From the NCBI RefSeq assembly GCF_018350175.1, contig NC_058368.1:29638001-29702000 (forward strand): a stretch of DNA of 64,000 bases, in the 5' to 3' direction. Source of the DNA: Felis catus (Eukaryota). The notes beneath the pieces were generated by a model that did not search any database, was not told the DNA's origin, and saw nothing but the letters and a program-made list of their open reading frames with translations. Within the stretch, counting starts at the first letter, position 1. Each line of letters opens with the position of its first letter. Shown here piece after piece: positions 26,347 to 39,041 of this stretch. The position numbers and the translations under genes were made by a program.

Positions 26347-29300
26347 TCAGTTTTCTTTCATAAGCTTTCTATAGTTTTCTGTGTATAGATTTTTCACCTC
26401 TTTGGTTAGATTTATTCCTAGCTATTTTATGGTTCTTGGTACAATTGTAAATGGGATCGATTCCTTGATTTCCCTTTCTGTTGCTTCATTATTGGCATAT
26501 GGGAATGCAACTGATTTCTGTGCATTGATTTTATATCCTGCGACTTTGCTGACATGGATCAGTTCTAGCAGTTTTTGGTGGAGTCTTTTGGGTTTTCCAT
26601 ATAGAGTATCATGTCATCTGTGAAGAGTGAAAATTTGAACTCCTGGCTGATTTGGATGCCTTTTATTTCTTTGTGTTGTCTGATTCCTGAGGCTAAGACT
26701 TCCAAACTATGTTGAATAATAGTGGCGAGAGTGGACATCCCTGTCTTGTTTCTGACCTTAAGGGGAAAGCTCTCAGTTTTTCCCATTGAGGAGGATATAA
26801 GCATTGGGTCTTTCATATATGGCTTTTATGATCTTGAGATATGATCCTTCTATCCCTTTCTTGAGGATTTTATCAAGAAAGGATGCTGTATTTTGTCAAA
26901 TGCTTTCTCTGCATCTGTTGAGAAGATCGTGTGCTTCTTGTCCTATCTTTTACTGATGTGATGAATCACATTGATTGTTTCGTGGATATTGAATCAGCCC
27001 TGCATCCCAGGTATAAATCCCGCTTGGTCGTGGTGAATATTTTTTTTAATGTATTGTTAGATCTAGTTGGCTAATAATATCTTGTTGAGGATTTTTGCAT
27101 CCATGTTCATCAGGAAAATTGGTTTATAGTTCTCCTTTTTAGTGGGGTCTTTGTCTGGTTTTGGAATCAAGGTAATGCTGACTTCATAGAAAGAGTTGGG
27201 AAGTTTTCTATCCATTTCTATTTTTTGAAACAGCTTCAAGAGAATAGGTGTTAACTCTTCTTTAAATGTTTGGTAGAATTCCCCTGGAAAGCCATCTGGC
27301 CCTGGACTCTTGTTTTTTGGGAGATTTTTGATTACTAATTCAATTTCTTTACTGGTTATGGGTCTGTTCAAATTTTCTATTTCTTCCTGTTTCAGCCTTG
27401 GTAGTGTATATGTTTCTAGGAATTTCTTTCAGATTGCCCACTTTATTGGTGTATAATTGATTTTAATATTCTCTTATTATTGTTTGTATTTTTGCTGTGT
27501 TGGTTGTGATCTCCTCTTTCATTCTTGATTTACTTTTTGATAAAACTGGCTAGGGGTTTATCAGTTTGGTTAATTATTTCAAAGAACCAGCTTCTGGTTT
27601 CATTGATCTGTTCTGCTGGGGGTTTTTTGGTTTCAATAGCATTGATTTCTGCTCTGATCTTTATTATTTCCTGTCTTCTGCTTGTTTGGGGTTTTATTTG
27701 CTGTTCTTTTTCCAGCTCTTTAAAGTGTAAGGTTAGGTCGTGTATCTGAGACCTTTCTTCCTTCTTTTGGAAGGCCTGGATTGCTATATACTTCCTTCTT
27801 ATGACTGCCTTTGCTGCAACCCAGAGGTTTTGGGCTGTGGTGTTATCATTTTCATTGGCTTCCATGTACTTTTTAATTTCCTTTTAACTTCTTGGTTGGC
27901 CCATTCATTATTTAGTAGGATGGTCTTTAGTCTCCAAGTATTTATTACCTTTCCAAATTTTTTCTTGTGGTTGATTTCGAGTTTCATAGCATTGTGGTCT
28001 GAAAATATGCACGGTATGAACTCGTTCTTTTTGTACTTATTGAGGGCTGATTTGTGTCCCAGTATGTGATCTATTCTGGAGAACTTTCCATGTGCACTGG
28101 AGAAGAATGTGGATTCTGCTGCTTTAGGATGAAATGTTCTGAATATATCTGTTAAGTCCATCTGGTCCAGTGTGTCGTTCAAAGCCACTCTTCCCTGGTT
28201 GATTTTCTCTTTAGATGATCTGTCCATTGCTGTAAGTGGGGTGTTGAAGTCCCCTACTATTATGGTATTATTATCAATGAGTTTCTTTATGTTTGTGATT
28301 AACTGATTTATATGTATTTGGGTGCTGCCACATTTGGAACGTAAATGTTTGCAAATGTTAGGCCTTCTTGGTGGATAGACACCTTAGTTATGATATAAAG
28401 CCCTTCTTCATCTCTTGTTACAGTCTTTATTTTAAAGTCTAGATTGTCTGATATAAGTATGGCTACTCTGGCTTTCTTTTGTCTACCATTAGCACTATAG
28501 ATGGTTCTCCATCCCCTTACTTTCAATCTGAAGGTGTCTTTAGGTCTGAAGTGGGTCTCTTGTAAACAGCATATTTATGGATCATGTTTTCTTATCCATT
28601 CAGTTACCCCATGTCTTTTGATTGGAGCATTTAGTCCATTGCCATTTAGAGTGAGTACTGAGAGATATGAATTTATTGCAATTATGTTGCTTGTAAGTTG
28701 GAGGTTCTGGTGGTGTTCTCTGGTCCTTTCTAGTCTTGTTGCTTTTGGTCTTTTTTTTCTTGTCTTTTCTCCCTTCAGAGAGTCCCCCTTAAAATTTATT
28801 GGAGGGCTTGTTTAGTGGTCACGAACTCCTTTAATTGTTGTTTGGGAAACTTTTATGTCACCTTCTATTTAGAATGACAGCCTTGCTGGATAAAGAATTC
28901 TTGGCTGAATATTTTTCTGATTCAGCACATTGAATATATCCTGCCACCCCTTTCTGGCCTGCCAAGTTTCTGTGGATAGGTCTGCTCTGAACCTGATCTG
29001 TCTTCCCTTGTAGGTTACATACTTTTTTTTTCTCTTGCTGCTTTCATGAGTCTTTCCTTGCCTGAGTATTTTGTGAATTTGACTATGATATGCCTTGTTG
29101 ATGGTCGGTTTTTGTTGAATCTAATGGGAGACCTCTGTGCTTCCTGTATTTTGATGTCTGTGTCTTTCCCCAGGTTAGGAAAGTTTTCTGCTATGATTTG
29201 TTCACATAAACCTTCCACCCCTTTTTCTCTGTCTTCATCTCTGGGACCCTTATGATTCTGATGCTGTTCCTTTTTAATCAGTCACTGATTTCCCTAATTC

Positions 29301-31270
29301 TTAAACCGTGCTCTTTTGCTTTGTCTACTCTTTTTTTCTGCTTCATTATTCTCCAGTAGTTTGTCCTCTATATCGCTGATTGGCTGCTCTGCCTCATCCA
29401 TCTTTGCCACCATGGCCACCGTGGCATCCATTCGAGATTGCAGCTCAGTTATAGCATTTTTTATTTCATCCTGACTAGCTTTTACTTCTTTTATCTCTGC
29501 AGAAAGGGATTCTAATCTATTTTCGACCCCAGAAGTATTCTTATTGTGATTCTAAATTCTGGTTCAGACATCTTGCTTGTATCTGTGTTGATTAAGTTCC
29601 TGCCTGTCGTTTCTTCCTGCTCTTTCTTTTGGGGTGAATTCCTTTGTTTCATCATTTTGAAGGAAGAAGAGGAATTAAAGTAAAAAAATTAAAATTAAAA
29701 AATTAAAAACAACACACATACACACAAAAGTCAAATAAATCATGCTAGATCCTAGATGTGTTTTAGTCTGGGTGTTGAGCTTGATAGATTAGGGGGAGGA
29801 AAATATTGAAAATTTGAAAAAATACAATGAAGTAGAATAAAATGAAATGATGGAAGTAAAATAGAATTTGAAAAATTTACAAAAAAGTAAAAAATATAGT
29901 AGAAAAATAATTTTAATAAAAATTGAAAAGGAAAATAAATTTTTTCTTTCTGTATTCAAGAAAAAGAAAAGAAAAAAAAGTGATAGATGGACCAGCAAAC
30001 AGACTGAAATAGAATTGAAATTACATCGTTCTCCCCTAGAAGTCAAACTCTGAAGCGCTTTATAGTCTGCAAACTAAGCAGGCTGAGAAACTTGAGGTGC
30101 TCCTGAAGAGCGAGGTTGGCTCAGTTGGGCGGGGCTTAGTGTAATGGCTCTATTCTCCACTAGATGGCGCTGTTTAGTTTACTGGGGTGGATTGTTGCCG
30201 CGCTCGTTGGTCCGTATGCACATGCGCGGGAAGGGTGAAAATGGCGTCACCCAGTTGCCCAGTCTCTACTATCCAAGCTCCATTCTCTCCGATCAGCTGT
30301 CGCACACCCGTCCTTTGTCTCCAGCTTCCGTCCACTCCCCGCTTTTACATTGTTCGTGACCAAGCCATCAGGTTAAAGGCGGCACGTCCCTCCTACGGTG
30401 TGGCTCCCTCTCAGATGCAGCTGTGTTTCCCAACCCCTCACTTCTGAGGGACTATGACTTTGACCCGCTCAGATCCTCTGGGGGAGGGTCTCACTGAGCA
30501 ATGGCCAGGTGCTGCCCGCACCCAGGAACGTTTGTGGGACCCTGCTGCTGCCGATGCCCAGAGACTGGCTGGGTGCCAGCCCACCCCAGAAAAGGTTCAC
30601 GCCATCGTGTAGCAGCGTTTCAGGGATATGGAAAATCCCAACATGCATCTGGCACCAGGCTTCACCCTTAACGTCCTGTTCCAGAAGCAGCGAATGTGGT
30701 TGTTCTCCGGGGTCTGCTGGGGTGGCTACAGATTCTACCAAATGTCCTCCCAGCAGGGAAACCGCCTCTGCCCGTGGCTTGAGAACCCCTGGACTTCACT
30801 CTGCTCCTGGGGATTCGCCCTTCCCACCAGAGCTTCTCCAGGTAACGAGCTGTGGAGTTTCAGACTCTGTGCTCCCCCTCTTTATAGAGTCTTAATGGGA
30901 TTTAAACCCTCGCCTTTCTCCTTTCTGCCTGTTTTGTTCGGTCCCTGCAGCTGTTTCCACTTTTCCACTTTCTCTCCAGCTGCTTTGGGGGGGGGGGGCG
31001 GGGGATGTACTTTTCCCATACTTCCCCCCCTCCCCCCCATCTCCATCCTCTCTCCACAAGAAAAAACAGCTCCCTGCCCGCCTCAGCTTCTCTCTCCCTC
31101 ACTTTACCTCTCCGCGCCGCGTACCTGCTGAATTCTGTGGTTCAGGTTGTGCAGATTGTTGTGTGATCCTCAAATCAGAATTTGGTTGATTTGTGTTGAT
31201 TTGGCTGTATTTCATGGACGTGAGACGCAAAAAAAAAAACCTTCCATGCTGTTCCACCATCGTGACTCCT
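24620..31270 (-). mobile_element. Near full-length carnivore L1 (5'UTR ~31270-29700, ORF1 remnant ~29650-28780, ORF2 remnant ~28680-24850), inactivated; in CNMD intron 5
   Basis: ORF1 (IIAENFPNLGK...RHIIVKF), endonuclease (ICCLQETH, FSDHNAMKLEIN), RT ([26 protein letters not shown]) and C-terminal Cys region. A-rich tail. Many frameshifts; (CA)n inserted at 26283-26340. Confidence 0.96.
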
Positions 31271-31271
31271 T

Positions 31272-31374
31272 GCTGTTTGTTTTTAAGTAAGCTCCACACC
31301 TGGCATGGGGCTGGAACTCCCCAAGCAGATATCTAGATTCACATGCTTTACCAGCTGAGCCAGCCAGGCACTCC
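31272..31374 (-). mobile_element. Short older CAN-SINE abutting the L1 5' end
   Basis: AGCTCCACACC..ATGGGGCTGGAACTC...CTGAGCCAGCCAGGCACTCC. Confidence 0.75.
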
Positions 31375-31469
31375 AGCCCTCTGTGTTCTTAACAGGTTGA
31401 CTGTATATGTATAAAGCTTTACAATTTTTAGGAGATTTGTTGTCTTAGTTGATTCTTTTAAAAATCCTA

Positions 31470-32140
31470 TGGGTGGGATAGAAAAGGCAGTAACTTTTAT
31501 ATGTGAGGGCATCGAGGCTCAGAAAGACCAAGTGACTTGGCCAAGATCACAGAATGGGTGGCAGAGACAGGAGCCAAACGTGACCTTCTCTGGCTCCCAG
31601 CCCAGTGCTCTAGTTGATCACACAGCCACACGGGTCCCATGGTTGCTGAATAACAGACATGGAAAGTAACCACCCAATGTGGGCTTTGGTGTCTCTCAGA
31701 GTCTGACTTTCTTCATCTGTAAAACGGGGATAATGTATCTAATTCACCGAATGGTGACAGAAGATAGTGTTGTGCCTAAGGGTTTTACTATAGCATTTGG
31801 CATATAATAAGCACTCAAATGTTAGGTAATGATGATTATAGCATGCTGTATTATTTCTGAGAACTTAGATGTGCTTTAGAGCCATGGAGAACTTCCATAG
31901 ACAGCTTCTGGGTTTCTGAGTTCATGGTTGGAGAGGCATCAGGGAGACCTGGATTCAAATCTCAATACCACTTCTTTTAACTAACTGAATGACCTCAGGC
32001 AAGCTGTTTAATTTCTGTGAACCTTGGTTTCTTCATCTATAAAATGGGACTACTTGTAGTTACTAGGACAGTTGTTGGCAAAAAGTAACTGAGGACAAAA
32101 TAGAAAGCTGTAGCACAATGGCTGGCACAAAGCCAGCGCT
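31470..32140. mobile_element. Cluster of MIR remnants (others near 37820-37940, 61440-61560, 63170-63340)
   Basis: MIR core motifs (GAGGCTCAGA..AAGTGACTTG.CCAAGATCACA; TTTCTTCATCTGTAAAA.GGG). Confidence 0.65.
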
Positions 32141-32254
32141 CAGCGACCCTCACCCTTCCCTGTGACCTTGCCCAGCCACCATTGTCTCTTGATAATACAG
32201 CTCTGTGACCTGCCAGCTTAAAGATCCAAGACAGAGGTTGCTGGAGTTGGGGAG

Positions 32255-32467
32255 TTTGTTTTTGTTTTTTTCGTGTTTTTGTTTATTTTTGAGACAGAGA
32301 GCATGAGCAGGGGAGGGGCAGAGAGAGAGGGAGACACAGAATCTGAAGCAGGCTCCGGGCCCTGAGCTGTCAGCACAGAGCCTGATGCGGGGCTCGAACT
32401 CACGGACTGTGAGATCATGACCTGAGCCCAAGTCACACGCTTAACCGGCTGAGCCACCCAGGCGCCT
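32255..32467 (-). mobile_element. CAN-SINE (young, felid-type)
   Basis: Near-consensus body. TGGGGAG(T/C)TT duplication. Confidence 0.92.
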
Positions 32468-33476
32468 CTGGGGAGCTTTTTAGAATTAGGTGGTTGGGAC
32501 CGACATCCTCAGAGGGGGTTTACTTTCTTGATTTTATTGTTAAATGTGACATTTATGAAAGACTGAAAAAAAAAAATCCTTCATCTTTAATGTGTATAAT
32601 CCGCCCCGTGGCTGTACCAACAGTTACTGAAACCTTTTCATCACTGGGGGCATTTCCGCTTTTCTGGTGTTGTGCATAACATGTAATTCTGGGATGGGTC
32701 TGGTGATGATTGACTACGTAAGAGGTGGTCCTGCCTGTGGGCTGTGAGGGGCCAAGCTCCATCTCAGAGGTAGGGAACACGCTCTTTCCCAAAGGGTGAA
32801 AGCGCTCAGTCAGCCAGACCAGCACCGCCTTCGCACGGCCACCCCCGCCCTCTTTGCCCTGCTCTGTTAGGTTTCCATAACAGGGCGTGTTCGCTTGCTA
32901 CAATGTAAACTTCTGTTCAGTGCATCCCAATTACCCGGCACAAGTAAATGGCACGCAATAAGCCTTCAAAAAATGTTTGTCCAACAAATGAACGAACTCA
33001 CTGGGTAAGAGGCTTGTCCTCACGCACGGGAAGTGATTAGAGAGAGCTCTACATGGGAGCATCGCCTGACGCTCCGACGCGGCAAAGTGACAGGTATTGG
33101 AGGAGTGGGGTGGGAAGCAAGAAGCCCATTCCGTGTGGATGGAGGTGAGCAATTGAAAACTAGACCTTGGCAAACGGCCACAGAATTGTGAGTTGCCAGC
33201 ACCCCCTGGAGCAAGAACAGGGAGGGCAAAAGTGACCGTCCATTTGGCCGCCCCCTCTCTGGCCCCTAGGGGGTGACACACTGCTCATGCCTGTGGCCTC
33301 AGGATCCTTCTCAACTCTCCTTCCGGTGGCTTAACAATTGAATCCTATTTGCTTTGCCTGGGCCAGAAAGGAACCATCTTATCCAAGCTTTGGGACATAA
33401 TATTTGTGATTCAGAGGAATGAGTTAGCCATGGCAGAACCGGAAGCCTGAACTTTCTAAACCTGGTCAGGTTTTGT

Positions 33477-33510
<34 letters not shown>

Positions 33511-34389
33511 ATGGTAACATATACATCAAAATTTACCATTTTAGCCATTTTTATGATTGTACAGTTGAGTGCATTCACATTGCTGTGCAAACGTCTGTTT
33601 CCATAACTTCTTCAGTTTTGCGGAATTGTAACCACACCCTTTCAAAAATAACTGCCCATCTCCCCCTCCTAAGCCTGGTATTTTATTTCCATGCTGCTCT
33701 CTCTGTGTCCAATAAAATCTTTCAGAAAACAGTATACCTCAGCTGTGTTGAGAGAAAGGCCCTTTTCCCACACCTGAGCCAGAACTGAGTAGGCCGTTGG
33801 GGGGCCAGTGGGGTGACTGGTGGCAGTGACGAGTGAAGGTGCCCTGGGGACGGAGAAACTTGGCCCTCGGGGCTCACCTGCCCTTCACCCACTGATGGCT
33901 CAAAGGTACGCTCCAACCAGGGGCCCTTCATTTCTTTTCAGCGGACTTAGGAGCTGATGCTCAAGCCCTGAACTTGAAGAATCTCAGCCTATGGCCACAG
34001 CAGCTTTTGGCTGCCTCATAATTCTAGGTATGAGTATAATAAAGATTCAGCAGTCTGACAGCTTCTTAGGCCCTTGATTCTCTGCCCTCGGAATAAAAAA
34101 CATGCAAAATTGGAAAGTGCAAACAACTTAGATTAAGGAGCAGAGCAGAAAGAAGGGGGAGTCTCATAAATAAAAATGGCAGATGATGCAGTGATGGTGA
34201 GTCTCCCTGATCTGCTTCCTGTTAACCCTGCCACTCAGTCCCTTCCCTAAAACATTCATGGTTGTCACCTTCCTTCTCTTTGATCTCTCTTGCCAATTAC
34301 TGAGACACTGTGACTTGCGTCCTGATAAGTCTTCCTTGTTACATGCTCAGGAAACATATCAGCAGCACTAAAAGAATTTAAAATGTTAC

Positions 34390-34543
34390 CTTTTGGGTAT
34401 GTTGGCTTAAGCCAGAAGATAGGAAGGTCACCACAGAGTTCTAAGACCTTAGAACTCAAGAAGCTGTTGTCCTTCACGGGCTGGTCGACAGCCACCCAGA
34501 TAAGAGAATTTTCTTCATACTTGACTGGCATGATCTTGCCTTC
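34390..34543 (-). CDS. CNMD: CNMD exon 5, BRICHOS domain part (EGKIMPVKYEENSLIWVAVDQPVKDNSFLSSKVLELCGDLPIFWLKPTYPK)
   Basis: CAG acceptor and GTAACA donor. 154 nt, ends phase 1. Contains the second BRICHOS Cys (LCGDLPIFWL). Confidence 0.97.
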
Positions 34544-34659
34544 CTGTAAGTTCAGTAAAAACGAAATGCATTGAGCAGAGTGGACGGTGAAACATGCGTA
34601 TTAAGAGTCACGTGCTGGTAAAACATTATTTCGCCTACTAAAAACTTAATGAGAATTGT

Positions 34660-34960
34660 GAGTGTGTGTGAGGGGCTGTGAGCTGTGTGTGGTGTGCGTG
34701 TGGTGGGGTGTAGGCGGGGGTATGTCGTGTGTGTGGGGTGAGTGTGGAGATGTGAGTGTAGGGGGTATTGTGGGGTTTTGTGGTGTGTGTGTCGGATGTC
34801 GGTGGAGGGCAGGTAGTGTGTGTGGGATGAGTGGGGTAGGGGGTATGTGTGGGGTTGTCGGGGGGTGTCAGTGGGAGGTATACAGTGTGTGTGGGGTGAG
34901 TGTGGGGTGTGTATGTGGGGGGGTTTGTATAGTGTTGTGGGGTGTGAGTGTGTGGGTGCG

Positions 34961-35008
<48 letters not shown>

Positions 35009-35083
35009 TGATGCGTGTAGGGGAGTATGGGTTGGGGGTGTGTGGTGTGTGTAAGGGGGCATGTGTGGGGTGTGCTGTGTGTG
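34660..35083. repeat. ~420 bp degenerate GT/G-rich low-complexity tract with a pure (GT)n core (~34967-35005)
   Basis: Directly visible in the sequence. Confidence 0.95.
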
Positions 35084-37115
35084 TCTTATCTCTGTAGCTC
35101 TCTTCACAACATTGTCTTCGCCCTGCTTGTCGCCCTGCCTTGCATAACTGAAATGTGTGAATATTGAGTGTCCTGAGTGGAAGTGAAAATTACTTGCTAC
35201 CAACTTTGAGATTTAGGTTAATCTGATGTTGCTGATCAAAGATTTTTTTGAGGAAAAGCAATTGAACGGACTCTGAAATCCTGTAAAGGGATAGAGGAGC
35301 CCTTCATTTGAAGTGAAAATCCTTTGGGGTTTTGTTCTGCAGCCTCCGAACAACAATGGAAAAAGCAAGCGATTGGTTCTTTAATGTCTTCAGTTCAAAG
35401 TATTATTTAACATAAACCATTTCTACATTTCCCAGCTATAACAAAACACATTTCAGATGTTCCTCACATCAAGCACACCACTGAGATTTCAAAGTTAAAC
35501 CCTGAATTTTCTTCTACAGCGAGATACTGAGAATGGTCTGATAACCCAGGAGACAAATTTATTTTGCCAGGTTGTTCCTTTCATATATTTATTAGTTTGC
35601 AATAGGTTGGAGAAATTAAAATGTTTTCTCCATATTTTCAGCTAAAAGCAGCACTTCATTTATGCTTTCTCCCCGAGGCTTATGGTTGCATGAAAACAAC
35701 TTAAAGTCATTGGAGGAAGTTAACACTCAGGTAATCCAGTTATTTACCTTAAATTAAATGGCTCCGTCCAGGAAATGAATACTCTTTGGGTATAGCAGCT
35801 TTTTAAAGTTCTACAAAACTGATGAAAATTTTGTAAGAGCAAGTGGTATATAAACCTACTCCATCATAATCTAAAGCGCGTGGGGAAAGAGTGGGGCGAT
35901 GGGGATAACGCATACATATGCATCTTACAAGCTAGGAATGTTAAATCAACTTACGGCACATGGTCTCAGCTGCCCATCCAACCTCGTCTCTCCCTGCCCT
36001 TGCAACACAGTCCCGCTTCTGTGTGAGGCAGCAGTGTCCCCGCCCCAGGAGAGAGGCTGGCTGCTTGCTTTCTCAGACCCTCCAGTGGCTTGGGGTGCCC
36101 TAGACTATGCGATTCACACTGAAGTCTACTAGGGGGCTGAGAAACCTCCTGCTTTTCCTAATTAAAGGGAAGTCGTGCTTGGCACTGCTCAACCCCTTCT
36201 GACTTCCGTACTCGAATGCACGGTTGATGTTTTGGAGCTGGAAGGAAAGGCCAAAAAAAATCAGCGATGCTGGCCACCGAGCCAGTGCCTGCAGCCACCT
36301 CCTTCCATATCGGCTACTGTGCAGAAAAACAAATCCTTTTTGTTTCACTCACTCTGGGTGTAGTTTTCTGCCACTGACATTCCTAATCCACACAAACACG
36401 TTGCCTGCATTTGACTTGTCCACCAGAGGGTCCACCAAGCACAATATAAGCAACTAAAACACAGAAAAAATAATTCAGCTTTACGGTCTAAGAAAAGAAT
36501 CAGATGCAGGCAAAGCTGTAAAAGGCTAAACTGGTCATCACTGAATTATTTCTATATTCAAATAATTACTTTGAATTATTATTTGAAATAGTGAAAAATT
36601 AAAGATGGCTGAAGTATTCAAGAGCAAAAGACTTAAATTATAATCATCTGATGACGTATAATACCTCCATTATCATCTACATTTTAGAATGACTAAAGTT
36701 AGGTGAAATTAATAAGAATGTAGAGCAATATAACTTCAGTTATGAAAAGGGAACCACACATCCCCGTGCATTAAAAAAATTCACCAAAACATTAACATTA
36801 GCTCTCTGTGGATTATGCAATTGTGGATGATTTTCTTCTCCATTCTATGTAATTCCCCAATTTTCTACCATGGCTACGTATTGTTTCTAAATATCAGGAA
36901 AAAAATAACCTTGTTTTTAAAGAACCCCAGAAATGTACTGCAAACTTATGATTAGATCTCCATCAGCTATGTTAGGAGAGCTGGCTCTTCTGGAAGGCAG
37001 GAGAAAAGAACCAGCTCTATGTCCACTTAAGGAGGAAATGGAAAGGCTTATGCATTACAGAAACTGAGTCACAGGACTGTAAAAAATGGTAATGCAATAA
37101 GAAGTTCAAGGGTCA

Positions 37116-37330
37116 GGGTGCCTGGGTGGCTCAGTCAATTAAGCATCGGACTTCAGCTCAGGTCATGATCTGGCGGTTCATGGGTTTCGAGCCTGGCGTC
37201 GGGCTCTGTGCTGACAGCTCAAGAGCCTGGAGCCTGCTTCAGATTCTGTGTCTCCCTTGCTCTCTGCTCCTCCCCCAACCGTGCTCTGTCTCTCTCAAAT
37301 ATAAATAAACATTTTAAAACATTTTTAAAA
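37116..37330 (+). mobile_element. CAN-SINE
   Basis: SINE body. TTCAAGGGTCAG duplication. Confidence 0.92.
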
Positions 37331-38519
37331 ATTTCAAGGGTCAGAACAAAGGAGCTCTTGGTCTCATTTTTATACTCCGTACTAGTGGGTTCACACTGAG
37401 TATGGCATTCTGTTCTGAATGGCACAGCTCCTGAGGAACAAACTGGAATATGGTCACAGCCAAACGACTAGAGCAATGAAAGTCTGGAAACCGTCTCACA
37501 GGATGAATGGGGAAACTGGGAGCAGAGTAGAAAACTGGGGACATGATAGCCAGCTTTAGAAACTCACCGGTTTGTTTTAGCTTTTGTTTTGTTTTGTTGT
37601 GAGACGCCTGCTGCTCCTATGACGGCAACCAGGCAGTTTCCAGGCACCTCTGCTTACCCTTAGTTTTCCTCTTTTGCCTTAAGGGAGCTGATGCTTGCTT
37701 TCCCTCCCTCTCGGGGACACAGGAAGGACCAAAGCTGATCATAATGGAATTAGTGATTTAGAGCAGCAGCCGTGTAGTCATTATCTGGTAGGTTCTAGGG
37801 CCACGAGGACAGGATGCAGACCCTTAGTTTGTAGATGGCAAAACCGAGGTCCAAGGAATTGAAGCCACATCCACAGCAAGTGTCAGAGCTGGGATTCGAA
37901 CCCACATTTTTCTAACTCTAAAGTCTATTTTCTTCCCACTATATCCTGCCACAACTCACATGGAAGGCAATAACACGTGGAACCACTTCATAAGCCCTAA
38001 AGTATCAAATAAATGTAACACATCAGATGTGTCTTTAGAACTCTGTGCAATTCTTAAAGTAAATTTTTATAAAATCAGGCTCAGAGGCAAGTTGTTAATA
38101 ATAAATGGGAAAATTATACTTAAAATCCTCACAAGTCTGACATGTAGGAAAGGAATTCAATACATGTTAAGGAGCTTCACCGGGCTGAACTCAAGCCAAG
38201 GGAAAGAAACCAGGGGAGCCAGCTCAACTCAGTGTGGAGCACAACGGTTTGAACTGTCCCCCTCCCCAGGAAGTTGCCTGGCACCCAGGGAAGGGAGCAC
38301 CCTGTCACTGCTTTCCAGCACAGCCATTGGAGATTTTCAGGAGGAACCCCGCACTGATTGGAAGTGAGGCTAGAAGGCTCCTGAGGCCCCTAATGAAGAT
38401 TCTGTTATGAGACGTCCTTTGTATTGTTTTCATTACTAATCGGATAGTTCCCCAACATTAGGCAAATGAGAGCCATGTGAAGACCGAGCCCTTTTATGCA
38501 CTTTAAAATATGGTTTACT

Positions 38520-38725
38520 GGGGCACCTGGGTGGCTCAGTTGGTTAAGCGTCTGACTCTCATCTCGCCCCAGGTCACGATCTCACAGTTCATGGGATTGA
38601 GCCCTGCATTGGGCTCTGCACAGAGACAGTGTGGATCCTGCTTGGGATTCTCCCTCTCTCTCTTTCTCTGCAAATCCCCTACACATGCTCTCTCTTTCTC
38701 TCAAAATAAATAAACATTAAAAAAT
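38520..38725 (+). mobile_element. CAN-SINE
   Basis: SINE body. AAAATATGGT-like duplication. Confidence 0.9.
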
Positions 38726-38927
38726 ATATGGTATACCATGTCATATAAGAATGATCACTTGGAATCGCCAAGGAGGACCAAAATAGTTCCAACTCCTTTG
38801 GCAGAGAAGGAATAGAATCTATATTCTGGTCACAAAGCTATACAGGAATGAGAGACGGAAAGGGTTGTGGATTCAAATGATGCCTACCAGACCCCCTTGC
38901 TGTCTGAAGCATGTGGGCGGTACCCAC

Positions 38928-39041
38928 CAATTCGGAGGAGATGCTCTGTTTGGTCACGGTGCCCACTTCAGGAACACGAGCCTTCACCTGTGCTTTGATG
39001 TAGCACTTTTCTCCTCCAGCAAAACGGATTCCGGTGATGCC
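38928..39041 (-). CDS. CNMD: CNMD exon 4, BRICHOS domain part (GITGIRFAGGEKCYIKAQVKARVPEVGTVTKQSISSEL)
   Basis: Translated by hand (not in the ORF track). TAG acceptor at 39044-39042 and GTGGGT donor. 114 nt. Contains the BRICHOS Cys (KCYI). Confidence 0.96.

Noticed and set aside
24850..29650. Active L1
   Set aside because: ORF1 and ORF2 are broken into many short frames. RT FADD reads FTDD, and a (CA)n tract sits inside ORF2.
34662..35203. Cys/Val/Gly-rich and His/Thr-rich ORFs
   Set aside because: Translations of the GT/CA low-complexity tract.
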